Source of the DNA: an uncultured virus (IMG/VR IMGVR_UViG_3300021140_000006)
Lineage: Duplodnaviria; Heunggongvirae; Uroviricota; Caudoviricetes
DNA length: 64,000 nt
Direction: 5' to 3' (one strand)
Virus record (IMG/VR): IMGVR_UViG_3300021140_000006
In this document: positions 19,959 through 31,728 of the stretch, one piece after another
How the letters are laid out: every line of letters begins with the position of its first letter
How positions within the stretch are numbered: position 1 is the first letter of the stretch
Position numbers and translations under genes: made by a program
The notes under the pieces: generated by a model
What the model was told of the DNA's origin: nothing
The model's database searches: none
Seen by the model: the letters and a program-made list of their open reading frames with translations, nothing else

Positions 19959-20849
19959 TTGATCATCATCGACTATTCACAAATATCATTAGCTTCAGTA
20001 TTCATGATGGAAAAGGAGTTTTCATCTGATCTGGAACAGAATCGTAACATTATTAAGCATACTGTCATCTCTAGTATCTTGGCCAACAAAAAGAAGTTTG
20101 AGGGAGAATATGGTTCTGATATTGTACTTGCTTGTGATGGTACCAATTATTGGAGAAAGGCTGAGTTTGCTTATTATAAATCTGGTAGAAAGAAGAAACG
20201 GGATGCATCTAACCTGGACTGGAAGTTTGTGTTTGATGTATTAAACGAGACTAGGGATGAATTGAAAGCTCATTTCCCATATAAAGTAATCGTACTTGAT
20301 AGAACAGAAGCTGATGATGTTATTGCTTGCTTATGTAAATGGACTCAGGACAATTATCTTACTGAAGGAGGACTCGAACCAATTCCTAAGAAGACTCTCA
20401 TCATTAGTTCAGATAAAGATTTCAAGCAACTACATAGATACGCAAACATTAGACAGTACAGTCCTCTATTCAAAAAGTATGTAGAGAAACCTAAGAGCGT
20501 TCCTGAATTCATTAATGAGCATATTGCTTGTGGTGATTCTGGAGATGGTATTCCAAACATACTTAGTATAGATAATAGTCTTGCTGATAGTATTAGACAG
20601 AAAGCAATGAAGAAGGATAGACTAGAACAATTTATCAAGTTAGGAATTGAGGCTTGTAATACTGATGAAGAAAAACGTAATTGGCAACGGAATGAGTTGC
20701 TAATCTCATTCGATAAGATACCTCAAGAAATCAATGATAATATTATTACTGCTTTTGGCGATAAGCCATTAGGAAATAAGAATTCAATCTTTGGTTACTT
20801 GGTGAAGAATAAGATGAGATTGCTTTTGAATGAAATAGATAATTTTTAG
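19959..20849 (+). CDS. rnh: T4-type RNase H (5'-3' exonuclease)
   Basis: IIDYSQI, YWRK...YK..R, EADDVI, SSDKDFKQL, GDSGDGIPN; likely TTG start after AAGGA. Confidence 0.93.
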   Translation: MIIIDYSQISLASVFMMEKEFSSDLEQNRNIIKHTVISSILANKKKFEGEYGSDIVLACDGTNYWRKAEFAYYKSGRKKKRDASNLDWKFVFDVLNETRDELKAHFPYKVIVLDRTEADDVIACLCKWTQDNYLTEGGLEPIPKKTLIISSDKDFKQLHRYANIRQYSPLFKKYVEKPKSVPEFINEHIACGDSGDGIPNILSIDNSLADSIRQKAMKKDRLEQFIKLGIEACNTDEEKRNWQRNELLISFDKIPQEINDNIITAFGDKPLGNKNSIFGYLVKNKMRLLLNEIDNF

Positions 20850-20857
20850 GAAGGAAT

Positions 20858-21409
20858 ATGGAATTGAATAAACGTGAGACTGTAGTAGAAATGCTTCAAC
20901 GCTTTAATGATGGAGATACACTTCAGTTATTGAAAGATAACTCGTCTAACGAGATTTTGAAGTTGTTGTTTGGGTATGGGTTCATTCCTAAAGGTAAGTG
21001 GTTATTACCTGAAGGAACTCCTCCTTATAGAGAAGATGCTGCTCCTGTAGGAATGGTCAAAGCAAACTTATGGATGGAGATTAAGAAATTTGATAGATTT
21101 CTGAGAGCCGATATAAACAAACTTAGAAGAGAGCAATTGTTCATTCAATTATTAGAAGAAGTACATCCTGCTGAAGCAAAATTAGTGATAGCAGTAAAGG
21201 ACCAAAGTATTCCAAGTATATTTCCCAATATCACCTTGGACAAAGTTGTCGATGCTGGATTCTTTATTTGGCCACACGGAATTGATGAAACTGAGTATAG
21301 AAATTCTGTGAAGAATAAGGAGGTCATGCCAGCACCAATCCCAAAGTCAGAATTGACCCAACCAGTCTCTGGGAAAACAAGAGGCAGACCAAAAAAGCTA
21401 GTCGCTTAG
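20858..21409 (+). CDS. Conserved T4-like hypothetical protein
   Basis: LPEGTPPY and REQLFIQLLEEVHPAEA motifs. Confidence 0.7.
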   Translation: MELNKRETVVEMLQRFNDGDTLQLLKDNSSNEILKLLFGYGFIPKGKWLLPEGTPPYREDAAPVGMVKANLWMEIKKFDRFLRADINKLRREQLFIQLLEEVHPAEAKLVIAVKDQSIPSIFPNITLDKVVDAGFFIWPHGIDETEYRNSVKNKEVMPAPIPKSELTQPVSGKTRGRPKKLVA

Positions 21410-21508
21410 AATCGATTCATGTTTGGTTAGTAAAGATTTCAACTTATCTTGTGTGGTAAGTTGAAATTTTAGAGAATTGTGATATAATATTATTTTTGGG
21501 AGAATATA

Positions 21509-21934
21509 ATGAGTGCAAACTGGTGTTTGGATATTGAAGATATGCATGATAAGTTTGATGTGAATACTACAATGAATGAACTTACTCCTAATCAACTAGC
21601 ATTCTTCTTGAGATTCAAATCACGAAATATCGAACGAGAGTTTGAAAAGTTCTCTGATGCTAAGAATGCTGAAGCAGTAGTAAGTTCGTTGATTAATCTT
21701 TGTTTCGAATGTGTTTCTTCATTGGATGCTCTTGGAGTTGATACGTATGAGGCTTGGGATAGAGTGATCGCGTCTAATATGGCCAAAGAACGTCAACTAG
21801 AACCAGAATCTACTAATCCACTCGATCTTCCCAATTTAATCAAACCAGAAGGGTGGATTGCTCCTACTCATGAAGACAATGTAGGTTTGCTTAGTAAAGT
21901 AGTATTCATTAATACTGTGGATTATACTTCATAA
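21509..21934 (+). CDS. MazG-like nucleotide pyrophosphohydrolase (possibly degenerate)
   Basis: AWDRVIASNMAK and LIKPEGWIAP motifs; the usual acidic EExxE cluster is weak. Confidence 0.65.
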   Translation: MSANWCLDIEDMHDKFDVNTTMNELTPNQLAFFLRFKSRNIEREFEKFSDAKNAEAVVSSLINLCFECVSSLDALGVDTYEAWDRVIASNMAKERQLEPESTNPLDLPNLIKPEGWIAPTHEDNVGLLSKVVFINTVDYTS

Positions 21935-22911
21935 TGTACTCACTAACTGCTTTTAGTTCGATTTATGATAACAAGACTCATAAGCAGTTACAGCACGACA
22001 CGTGGGATTCTTTTGAGAAGATGTTGTATAGTATGGCTAGAATTCCTGGGTATAAGTTAAAGAAAGGAGAATTCCGAGCACCTAAGGGTGTAAAGGCTTC
22101 TCCTTTAATTACTCCAGCAACATACAAACCAGATACAACAAGATCGAATGATGCTGTAATTGAATGGTCAGGTTGGGCTGCTCTTGATATCGATAACCAC
22201 CAATTTGAAGGCAATCTTGAACAAGAATTGAAAAATAAATTTGGTGAGTATTACTACGTCTGCTATTCTACTTCTAGTTCAAAACCAGAATATCCAAAAT
22301 TCAGATTAGTATTTCCATTAACTCATTCTGTCAGCAAAGATAAAATCAAACACTTCTGGTTCTCTTTGAATAAAGAATTTGATGATCTTGGTGATGGACA
22401 GACTAAAGACTTATCCAGAATGTATTACGTTCCTGCAACGTATCCTGATGCTCATAACTTTATATTCACCAATGTTGGTTCATTCATTAATCCTACTGAG
22501 TTAATGATTAAGCACCAATTTGAGCAACCTAGAGGACCTTTGACTCTATTGGAACAAATGCCTCCTGATATACAGAAGATGATTGTTGCTCAGAGACAGG
22601 ATATGCTTTTAGATGCGGCCGATAAGAACTATACTTGGACCTCATATGAAGATTGTCCATTTGTTAATAAGAAACTGATATCAGAATACGTTTCTATTGC
22701 TCGTACTGATGGTACAGGAAGATATCGGATGATTTACAAGATTATGGCTAGTATTGCTTGTAATGCAATCAAAAGAAAGTATCCACTCACTGCTCATCAA
22801 TTAGAAGAGCTTATTAGACAACTAGACAGAAACACATCAAATTGCTATGCAAAAAGACCACTACACAGAGAAGCATCAGGAGCCATCGAGTATGCTTATA
22901 AAACAACCTAG
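21934..22911 (+). CDS. AEP-superfamily primase-like protein
   Basis: ALDID, YSTSSS...PKFRLVFPL, D..TKDLSRMYYVP; helical C-terminal domain. Confidence 0.7.
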   Translation: MYSLTAFSSIYDNKTHKQLQHDTWDSFEKMLYSMARIPGYKLKKGEFRAPKGVKASPLITPATYKPDTTRSNDAVIEWSGWAALDIDNHQFEGNLEQELKNKFGEYYYVCYSTSSSKPEYPKFRLVFPLTHSVSKDKIKHFWFSLNKEFDDLGDGQTKDLSRMYYVPATYPDAHNFIFTNVGSFINPTELMIKHQFEQPRGPLTLLEQMPPDIQKMIVAQRQDMLLDAADKNYTWTSYEDCPFVNKKLISEYVSIARTDGTGRYRMIYKIMASIACNAIKRKYPLTAHQLEELIRQLDRNTSNCYAKRPLHREASGAIEYAYKTT

Positions 22912-23344
22912 TTGGAATGAAAGATTTATGGAGATGGCTGAGTTAGTATCTACTTGGTCGAAAGACCCATCAAGGAAGATTGGTGCAGTAGCAGTAGGAT
23001 CCAAACGACAAATCCTATCTACAGGCTATAATGGATTTCCAAGAGGTATAGATGACACTGAAGAAAGATTGAACAACCGTGAATCGAAATATCAGTATGT
23101 GGTTCATGCAGAACAGAACATGATTTATAATGCTACGTATAATGGTATATCGTTGGATGGTGCTTCATTGTACGTATATGGATTACCAATCTGTCACGAG
23201 TGTGCTAAAGGCATTATACAGGTAGGAATCAAAGAAGTGTTTATATGCAGAAAATCGTTATTGGATAGACCAAACTGGTACGATTCGTATTTGAAATCTA
23301 AAGAAATGTTTGATGAAGCTGGAATTGTGGTAAAATTAGTGTGA
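22892..23344 (+). CDS. cd: dCMP deaminase
   Basis: SKDP, GYNGFPRG, HAEQN, PICHEC. Confidence 0.93.
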   Translation: MLIKQPSWNERFMEMAELVSTWSKDPSRKIGAVAVGSKRQILSTGYNGFPRGIDDTEERLNNRESKYQYVVHAEQNMIYNATYNGISLDGASLYVYGLPICHECAKGIIQVGIKEVFICRKSLLDRPNWYDSYLKSKEMFDEAGIVVKLV

Positions 23345-23416
23345 ACGTCCTTGTCCAAGCATATCCCTATGCTATCCCTCAAAAGTATTTATGTCGAAAT
23401 TTATTTTCATTTGCCT

Positions 23417-23500
23417 GTTGACCTTTTCTTATAATCAAGGATAATAGCCGTAAGTTAACCAATCGGGTTAACAAATTTAAACTTGAAGAGGAATTATAAA
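23417..23500 (+). promoter_or_regulatory. Repeated early promoter cassette with stem-loop
   Basis: Consensus match. Confidence 0.85.
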
Positions 23501-24944
23501 ATGGCTTATTTCAACGATGCAGTAAAAGAAGGTGGATTATTCAGTAATGGTTTTGCTAATTTCGAATACAGAGTTAGTGAAGGTAAAGCTGAAGGTCAAG
23601 GAACTTGGGGTATTGATAATGGATTCAAATTTGAGATTGCAATCTGTGATGGTTCTGTTAGATTTGCTAACATCAAGAAAACTGTAGCTTACATTTGCAC
23701 TGGTATTGATGATATGGGTAAGCCAGTTGTTGAAAAGTGGAAAATAAAAAAACACTTTTGGACCAATATCAAGTTTTAAAAGTTGACTTCTGGCTATTAT
23801 CGTTGATAATAGCCTTATATTATTATTTTGACGAGGAATTATATCATGCTATCAAAAATCACCAAAGCAAATCCTGCTTTCAAAACCAACATCCTATTTG
23901 CTGTTTATGGATTGATCATCGGTGCTGTTCTTACTAGTGGAATCATTTATCAAACCACTAAGAATTCATATTTCAAAGTATTCAACACCAAGATTGGCCT
24001 GATGGTTATCGTCAATGGCGGAGTCTATACACTTGAAGAAATCCGTAAATGTTCTAACGATTGCTAGGAGAACTGAGATGAAAGACAAAATTAAAGAACT
24101 TGCTTACCAGGTTAAACTGCTTGATGATGACGGATGGAATACTTCTAACTTGACTCGGGACGTCGAAAAGTTTGCTGAATTGATTATTCAAGAATGTATG
24201 AGGGTTATCGAGGAAGAACAAGAAAAATTATCTTGTGACAATGTATACCATACTGGAATTAAACATGGTGTATGGCAAGCAAGAGATGTTATATCTGAAC
24301 ACTTTGGAGAAAAATAATGACTACTGTAGCTGAATTGATGACGTATCTACAAACTCTTCCTCAGGATGCACAAGTTAAAGTTTTATCATATGATACTGGA
24401 AGATGGGAACCGTTGTTCATCGCGGGAGAATTAGATCCTTATTACAGTGATACTTGTTGGTTCGATGTTGATGGCAATGAACTTAAACTTGGAGAATACT
24501 AATGGCTAATGTATATGTTGTAACTGCTTATCGATTTGGTGACCGTGAAAGACATTCTTACGTGGTTGGAGTTTTTACTAATGCAGAATTAGCAATTGAA
24601 GTTGCTGAACAAGTACCGGATGAACGTGCAGGAAAATATTACGCTGAAGTACTCAAGTTCAAGATAGATAAGCTCGATAATGATGAGTTCGAAGCTGTAT
24701 GGCCATTATCACGGTATGATGAAATTAAAAAACTTTATGGAGAAGGGGTGTGAGAAGATTCAAACTAAACACTGGTATCCATCTAATGGAAGAATCCATT
24801 GATGATGGTTATTGGGTACGGTACGTAGATTTAGAACCTATTGTTAAAGCAATAGCATCAGGCAATACAGATGAGTATGGTGATTTGATTATCCCAGTAG
24901 AACAAGTAAAAACACTTTTAGATTTTGCACAGGTTAAACGATGA
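23501..24944 (+). CDS. Cluster of small early hypothetical ORFs (23501-23779, 23846-24067, ~24078-24317, 24317-24502, 24502-24753, 24750-24944)
   Basis: Tightly coupled ORFs with RBSs; a second cassette lies at 23782-23845. Confidence 0.55.
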
Positions 24945-25930
24945 AACAATATTATGATCTTCTTCAGAAAATATTAGATACAGGTAATTCTGCTAATGAC
25001 AGGACAGGAGTAGGTACCTCGTCATTATTTGGAGAGCAAATCAAATTTAATCTTCAACATGGATTTCCATTGCTTACTGGCAAGTTTACTTCATTCAAAG
25101 CAATCTCAAATGAGCTTCTTTGGTTCTTGAATGGGTATACAAACAATGAAGAGCTTCGGAAATTGAATGGTAATGATAAGCCTACTATATGGGAAGAGTG
25201 GGCTACTGAAGATGGTTCTCTTGGGCCGATTTATGGTAAGCAATTTAGGAATTGGGGTGGTGTGCCAATTCCTAATATGCCTGAGGAGTCGATGGACGGA
25301 ATTGATCAAATCGATAATCTGATTAAGGGATTGAAAGAAAGACCGTTTAGCAGACGTCACATTATTTCAGCTTGGAATGTGGCCGATCTTCCTGATGAGT
25401 CTTTGTCTCCTCAAGAGAATGTTCAGCAAGGAAAAATGGCTCTTGCTCCTTGTCATGCTTTTGTACAATTTGGGGTAAGAGAAATTCCATTTAGTGAACG
25501 TGCTATTCTTTATGTACAGAAACATCTTGGAGTTCATTATGGGTTAGGTTACGACCGAGATTATGAACATCTTATGGATAATGTAGGAGTTCCTAAATAT
25601 GCATTATCGTGTCATTTGTACCAAAGATCGTGTGATATATTCTTGGGCGCTCCGTTCAACATCGCATCCTATGCTTTACTGACAGAAATCATTGGCAATA
25701 TTACTAATATGCTTCCTGATCAATTAGTAATCTCGTTTGGTGATGTTCATTTGTATAATAATCACGTTGCTCAAGCTAAAGAATTATTATCGAGAAATCT
25801 GACTGAGTATGGAATTCCCTCCTTAGTGTTCAAAGATAATTATAATTCCATCGATGAGATTTATGAGTACAGTTATGAGTTGATGGGATATCGTTCTCAT
25901 GGTACAATAAAGGCTGAGGTTGCTGTATGA
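24941..25930 (+). CDS. td: Thymidylate synthase ThyA (no intron)
   Basis: DRTGVGT, ELLWFL, LGPIYG, MALAPCH, YQRSCDIFLGAPFNIASY, DVHLY. Confidence 0.96.
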   Translation: MKQYYDLLQKILDTGNSANDRTGVGTSSLFGEQIKFNLQHGFPLLTGKFTSFKAISNELLWFLNGYTNNEELRKLNGNDKPTIWEEWATEDGSLGPIYGKQFRNWGGVPIPNMPEESMDGIDQIDNLIKGLKERPFSRRHIISAWNVADLPDESLSPQENVQQGKMALAPCHAFVQFGVREIPFSERAILYVQKHLGVHYGLGYDRDYEHLMDNVGVPKYALSCHLYQRSCDIFLGAPFNIASYALLTEIIGNITNMLPDQLVISFGDVHLYNNHVAQAKELLSRNLTEYGIPSLVFKDNYNSIDEIYEYSYELMGYRSHGTIKAEVAV

Positions 25931-26400
25931 AGCCATTTGATAATCTATACCTGATTGCTGCTGTAGCAAAATTTGGTGTTATTGGGGATTCTTGTACTAC
26001 TGGTATGTTGTGGCATTGCCGAGAAGAACTTAAACACTTCAGAGACACTACAATGGGTTCTGTTATTGTGATGGGTAGGATTACTGCCGAAACTACTGGT
26101 AAATTGCCTGGTCGTGATTGTATTGTATTAAGTAGAGATCCAAGTTACGAATTGGCAGGATTCACTACAATGACTATTGATAATTTCTTGACTTATACTC
26201 AACGCAATCCAACATTAAGTTTTATGATTTGTGGTGGTGGAGAAGTATATTTTGCTCTTGTAGATTACTGTAGGATTGCTATTGTATCAAGAATGAAGTT
26301 GGAAGTCAAAGGTGATATTACGTTCAACGTTCCAATGGAATTCGAAAAGTACAATGTCAGAGAATTTGATCAGTTTACTGTTAACTACTATTCACGTTGA
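25927..26400 (+). CDS. frd: Dihydrofolate reductase
   Basis: MLWH..EELKHF, VMGRIT, LPGR, ICGGGEVY. Confidence 0.9.
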   Translation: MKPFDNLYLIAAVAKFGVIGDSCTTGMLWHCREELKHFRDTTMGSVIVMGRITAETTGKLPGRDCIVLSRDPSYELAGFTTMTIDNFLTYTQRNPTLSFMICGGGEVYFALVDYCRIAIVSRMKLEVKGDITFNVPMEFEKYNVREFDQFTVNYYSR

Positions 26401-26990
26401 GGAATTATGAAGAAACTATTCTGTATTTTAGCCTTGTTTGTATCTACTGGATGTGTAGTGCATCCAACTTCTTATCACGGATATAATCCTAATCCTGTTG
26501 TGGTGTATCCTAGCCATCATAATTATTGGCATGGATATAATCATCACCATCATCACATGAGACATTGGTAATGTATTGGTTACACGATTATGCAGCAAAG
26601 GCTGGATTCAATGTGTCTGATGATGGAGTTATATCGTCAGACAACGACTTAAAAATCCCACTGGAAAATTTTGCCGATATGATTGCTCATGAAACACTCA
26701 AACAATATATTGCCGGAGTATGTGGTGTCATGAGAAATGGCCAGACCCTTCATTGAGGTTGTAATGTATTTTGAAAAGACTGACGATTATCTTATAATTA
26801 ATGAGAAATTAAAAACTCCTACCCAAAGTGCTAGATCATTAAGTAGTGCTATAGCTATAGTAAACTCATTAAATGAACGATGCTATAAACTAGGCACTTC
26901 TGCTAGATACAAAGTTATAACAAAACCTGATTGGGAATATGTAGATTGGGATCGAGCTAATATATTAATTGAAATTTGAGGAGAACTTAT

Positions 26991-28037
26991 ATGCCTGTAG
27001 AATTTAGAAAAATGGTTACTATCAATCCAGTAGTTGAAGTCAAATCTATTCCTGGTGCTGATTTGATTTGTGCATACCGAGTTAAAGGTTGGTGGGTTGT
27101 TGACCAAGTAGGAAAATATAATGTGGGCGATTTAGTACTATATGCCGAAATCGATTCTTGGATTCCACATGTGATTGCTCCATTCTTATCTAAAGGTAAA
27201 GAGCCTAGAGAATATAATGGCGTTAAGGGTGAACGATTAAGAACTGTCAAGTTGAAAGGTCAAGTTTCTCAGGGATTGATATTACCGATGAATCTCTTGG
27301 ATTCTACTGAATATGATAGTTATTTGCCAGACTTAGCAGAAACTATAGATGTATCTGATTTTTTGAATGTTCAGAAATGGGAAGCTCCTATTCCCGCAAA
27401 TCTTCGTGGTCAAATGAAAGGTAATTTTCCTGCATTTATCCGTAAGACTGACCAAGAAAGATGCCAGAACCTAGTACACGACATTGCTCAAGCGTATCAA
27501 GATCAAGTGCATTTTGAAGTATCTTTGAAGTTGGATGGTTCATCTTGTACCGTTTATCATAATGCTGGTTTGGTAGGTGTCTGTTCAAGAAACTTAGATT
27601 TGGAACTTGAGCAAGAAGGCAATTCGTTTGTTGAGATTGCCAAGTCGACTGGATTACTGAAAGCATTGATTGAACTGAATGAGAATATTGCTGTACAAGG
27701 CGAATTGATGGGTCCAGGTATTCAAGGTAATAAAGAAGGATTTGATTCTCATAAGTTTTTTATCTTCGATATCTTTGACATAGACAACCAATGCTATTTT
27801 GTTTGGGCAGATAGAATGGAAGCCATTCAAAAATTACGAAATTTGGGTTATACTGGTGATACTGCTCCAGCACTTGGATTAGGACCATTAGAAAGTGGTA
27901 ACATCGAAGACCTATTGGAGATGGCTGATGGTCCATCGATTAATGCTAAGGTTAGAGAAGGTTTGGTGTTCAAACGGACTGATGGTCAGTTCTCATTCAA
28001 GGCAATCTCGCAGAAGTTCCTACTGAACGAAAAGTAA
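26991..28037 (+). CDS. RNA ligase (Rnl2/DRB0094-like)
   Basis: N-terminal OB-like domain; KLDGSS, QGELMGPGIQGN, FDIF, REGLVFK, SFKAIS. Confidence 0.9.
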   Translation: MPVEFRKMVTINPVVEVKSIPGADLICAYRVKGWWVVDQVGKYNVGDLVLYAEIDSWIPHVIAPFLSKGKEPREYNGVKGERLRTVKLKGQVSQGLILPMNLLDSTEYDSYLPDLAETIDVSDFLNVQKWEAPIPANLRGQMKGNFPAFIRKTDQERCQNLVHDIAQAYQDQVHFEVSLKLDGSSCTVYHNAGLVGVCSRNLDLELEQEGNSFVEIAKSTGLLKALIELNENIAVQGELMGPGIQGNKEGFDSHKFFIFDIFDIDNQCYFVWADRMEAIQKLRNLGYTGDTAPALGLGPLESGNIEDLLEMADGPSINAKVREGLVFKRTDGQFSFKAISQKFLLNEK

Positions 28038-28054
28038 CTTGATGACATATTGAT

Positions 28055-28082
28055 AAAGCCAGTCTTTGTACTGGCTTTTTTA
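28055..28082 (+). terminator. Rho-independent terminator
   Basis: AAAGCCAGT/ACTGGCTTT plus poly-T. Confidence 0.85.
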
Positions 28083-28113
28083 TTGTCTGGAGGAAATTTA
28101 TTTTCATTTGCCT

Positions 28114-28354
28114 GTTGACCTTTTCATATAATCAAGGATAATAGCCGTAAGATAGAAATTTTGAAGAGGAACTGGATAATGTTAGAATTAGAAATATTTG
28201 TTAAGTTGGTATCATACACCATCGCATATGCATCACCATTCGTAGCAATGGTTGTTTTTGGCATGGCATCTTTTTAAGAATATAAATGTTGACCTTTTGG
28301 TCAAATGATTGATAATAGCCGTAAGTTAATAAAAATTTGAAGAGGAATTATAAA
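28114..28354 (+). promoter_or_regulatory. Two tandem early promoter cassettes (28114-28178 and 28288-28354)
   Basis: Consensus GTTGAC-N17-GATAATAGCCGTAAG. Confidence 0.85.
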
Positions 28355-30455
28355 ATGAAAGAGTTTCAAGAAGAAGTAGTCAATATGTATTTTGCTGGTA
28401 TGTCTGTTAGAGACATTGCTCTTGATGCAGGAATCACTACTGAAGAAGTGAAAGACATTATCGCATTTATGTTGTCGTTGGAGAACTAAGATGAGCATAT
28501 ACACAGAATATGGTTTTGAAAGTCGCGATCAGTACTTGGAATCGTTATCTGAAGACTTTGGAGTTGACATAGATATCATTGAAGAACTCTCTGATATCCT
28601 TGGTCACGAAGAAGACTTTGATGGATTGGTATCAGAATTAGAAGATTTTAGTCACTACAATTAGGAATCACATGAAAGGTCAAATCAGATTCATACTAGC
28701 ACTGTTTATTATATTCAGTGCAGTAAACTTAGAAGGCATTGTTGATATGCCAACAGAACTTGCTATAGCATTTGTTGGCATTGCTATTGGTGTTTGGGGT
28801 GTAATTTCTGCATTGGAGAGAAAATAATGAGTGGCTTGCGTCTTATCAGATTCATCGATGGTCTATTAGTACTTACTATACTACCATTTTTCTATTACAT
28901 TGCTACTTCAGGATTCTTTGTTGTTGCAGCATTCTTCATCATTCTAATAATCGAGATGATGGTCGATTATACTCGTGTTAGAAAGTACTTTGTCAATATG
29001 ATGTTAAGAGCAAAATGTGATGTCTGATATAATTAACAAACTTAGAGAAGAACAATCAAGATTGTATTGTAATTTACAAGTCAAATACGATCAATTGTTC
29101 CGACTTGAAGATGAAGTAAAACGATTGAAGTATGAAATATTTAGAATGGAAATAGATAAGTGTTTAGTTGAACATGAATTAGGAAAGGAACTCAAGAATG
29201 AAAATAAATCCAACGGTAATTAACTACATTATCAACAGTAATATCAAGTACAGACAAGACCTAGAATCAATGGTGGATACTATGCAATTCAATCAAGTGC
29301 TTACTCAAATCAAAGAAGCTAATGCAACTGCTCATTTGATTGATGTTCAAAATAAACAACATAATGATGGATTATCTAAAGATCCTACTTGGATTAATGG
29401 TGTTCATTGTCACAATTCAATCAGCAAACACAACTATACTAAACTATGAAAATTGAGATTGGAAAAACTTACGTCACTGACAATGGTATTAAAGTTGCTA
29501 TTGTGGCAACAGATTATACCATTAGTTCTGGTTATAACTTTATTGGCACCACTTTCGATTGTGCAGAAAGAACTTATGCTAATTACAATGAGCAAGGTAT
29601 TGTCAGTTACGCATGGGATGATGGTAAGATGAATTTAGTAAAAGAACTTACCAGACCATTTGGATTTCCTGAAACTGAAAAACCTTATCATGGAACTCCA
29701 TACTACTTTCCAAATATGGGACCTAATGGATATACTGGTTATACTTGGTCCGAAGATGCATTTGACAATTGGTTATTGAAAAATGGACTGCTGTATTTGG
29801 ATAAAGAAGATGCTATTCAGGCATCTGAAATCATAGTTAATTTATTCAAGGATTACAATGAAAACCGTATCAATAAAAGAGATAATGGAGAGACTTGGTT
29901 GCTCAAAAATTCAGGTTGAGATGGCAGAATATTCTGGTTATATTCCACCTTCCAAGGATGGAGTTTGGGATGCTGATAAACTTGAAGAGTACTTGGTAAG
30001 ATGGGATGCTAAACTCAAGAAGAAAGCGGAATCAATGTTATGACAAAGCATTGCAAAGGATGTAAATTCCATCATGTTGCAGGACACCCTAAAGATTCTA
30101 GATTGATAAAGTATAATGATTGGTGTTGTGCTTTTGGTAAGACAGCACCAAAATGTATTGGTCATTGTAAACAACAAAATGCTAAGGAACTGAAATGAGC
30201 GATTTGATCCAACTAGTAAGTAAGAAGGAAAAAGAAAAACCATCTGATGCTGAATTCCAAAAGCAACTTGATGATGAGTATTACGAACAAATGAACGAGA
30301 TTAGAGACGAAATAGATTTGGCTCTTACTCTTGCTTACACCAAAGAAGGATTGCTTTTGACTGTATCGAATGGTGTCGATGCTAAAACTGCTCTTTGGAT
30401 GATCGAGGAGTTTCGAATGAATTTGTTAACTGGTTCATTCAATGATTATAAATAA
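28355..30455 (+). CDS. Cluster of small early hypothetical ORFs, including 28355-28489 and 28491-28664 missing from the ORF track
   Basis: Coupled ORFs with RBSs. Confidence 0.5.
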
Positions 30456-30466
30456 TAAGGAATAAA

Positions 30467-30700
30467 ATGCAGGTATTAGGCAAAAACGTATTAGTGTTAA
30501 AACAGAAACCAGAATACACTGGATTGATTCAAGGTGTAGAGTCTGATGATAATATTAGAGCAAAAGCAATGAATCTTGGTGATGATGTTACCCTAGTAGA
30601 ATTAGGCAATATTCTTATCCTCAATTGGAAGAAAGCTAAATGGATATCTGGTGAGTTGTATGTTGTTCATGAAGATGAAATAGCCGCAATTATTGAATAG
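30467..30700 (+). CDS. GroES-like co-chaperonin
   Basis: MQVLGKNVLV...G.DV..V..G...VHEDEIAAII; TATAAATA at 30447-30454. Confidence 0.75.
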   Translation: MQVLGKNVLVLKQKPEYTGLIQGVESDDNIRAKAMNLGDDVTLVELGNILILNWKKAKWISGELYVVHEDEIAAIIE

Positions 30701-30936
30701 GATTAGATTATGTGTGAAGTAGTAATGACAGCAATAAAAGTTAAAATCATTAAAGCCAACATGAGAACCTATTGGTATGCTGGTAAGATTGATGAGGAAT
30801 TTTGGGTACTTAAAGATGATGACAATTCAGGTTTTAAATTAGTCGAACACACTGCGGGTCGGTGGATTGACTTTGATGACTGTGAAGTTATCCGTGCTGG
30901 TAATCTTCGAGTCATTACTACAATAGAGGAATTATA

Positions 30937-31728
30937 GTGAAAATAGACGTCATGAGTGATGTCCATCTTGAATTTGGTTTCTATGAACCAGTGAACGAGA
31001 ATGGTGCTGATGTTCTCGTTCTTGCCGGTGATATTTGTGTACTTGAGCAATTAGGAAAAGAGTCTTATACTAGTATAAAAGAGTTCTTTGAGATGGCATC
31101 TCAAAACTATGATGATGTTGTCTATGTTATGGGTAATCATGAACACTATCATGGAGATATTCTGGATGCGACCACAATTTTTAAAGAAAAGTTCCATATC
31201 CTCAAGAATATTCATCTCCTGGATAATAGTAGTATTGCTATCGGCGATACTGCTTTTATTGGGGGCACACTTTGGACGAACTTTAATCATGATTCTTATG
31301 CAATGAAAACTATTGCTAGGATGATGAACGACTATATATGCATTGACTATGATGGTAAATTGTTTACTGCAGGTAAATCGGTAGAATTGCATTACAATAC
31401 TATGGAATACTTCAACAAAACAGTACCAGCATTCCATAAAGTCGTTATGGTCACTCATCATTCTCCTAGTTTTAAAAATCTTAGCGAAAGATTTTCTCAA
31501 GGACAATCGTGTTCATTTAATGATAATAATATAAGAAATATGGCATACCATTCTGATCTTGATTATTTCATATTAGGACATCCACAAATCAAAGCATGGA
31601 TTTCTGGCCACACTCATGACCCGTTTGATCATTATCTTGGTGATACGAGACTAGTATGTAATCCTAGAGGATATCTTGGGTACGAGGATACTGCTATCAA
31701 TTACAAACCTAAAACAATTGAGGTATAA
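30937..31728 (+). CDS. Metallophosphoesterase
   Basis: SDVHLE, LAGDI, GNHE, THH, GHTH, NPRGY. Confidence 0.9.
   Translation: MKIDVMSDVHLEFGFYEPVNENGADVLVLAGDICVLEQLGKESYTSIKEFFEMASQNYDDVVYVMGNHEHYHGDILDATTIFKEKFHILKNIHLLDNSSIAIGDTAFIGGTLWTNFNHDSYAMKTIARMMNDYICIDYDGKLFTAGKSVELHYNTMEYFNKTVPAFHKVVMVTHHSPSFKNLSERFSQGQSCSFNDNNIRNMAYHSDLDYFILGHPQIKAWISGHTHDPFDHYLGDTRLVCNPRGYLGYEDTAINYKPKTIEV

Noticed and set aside
24941..25930. Group I intron in td or nrdB
   Set aside because: Both frames are continuous; the ThyA insertion is in-frame protein sequence
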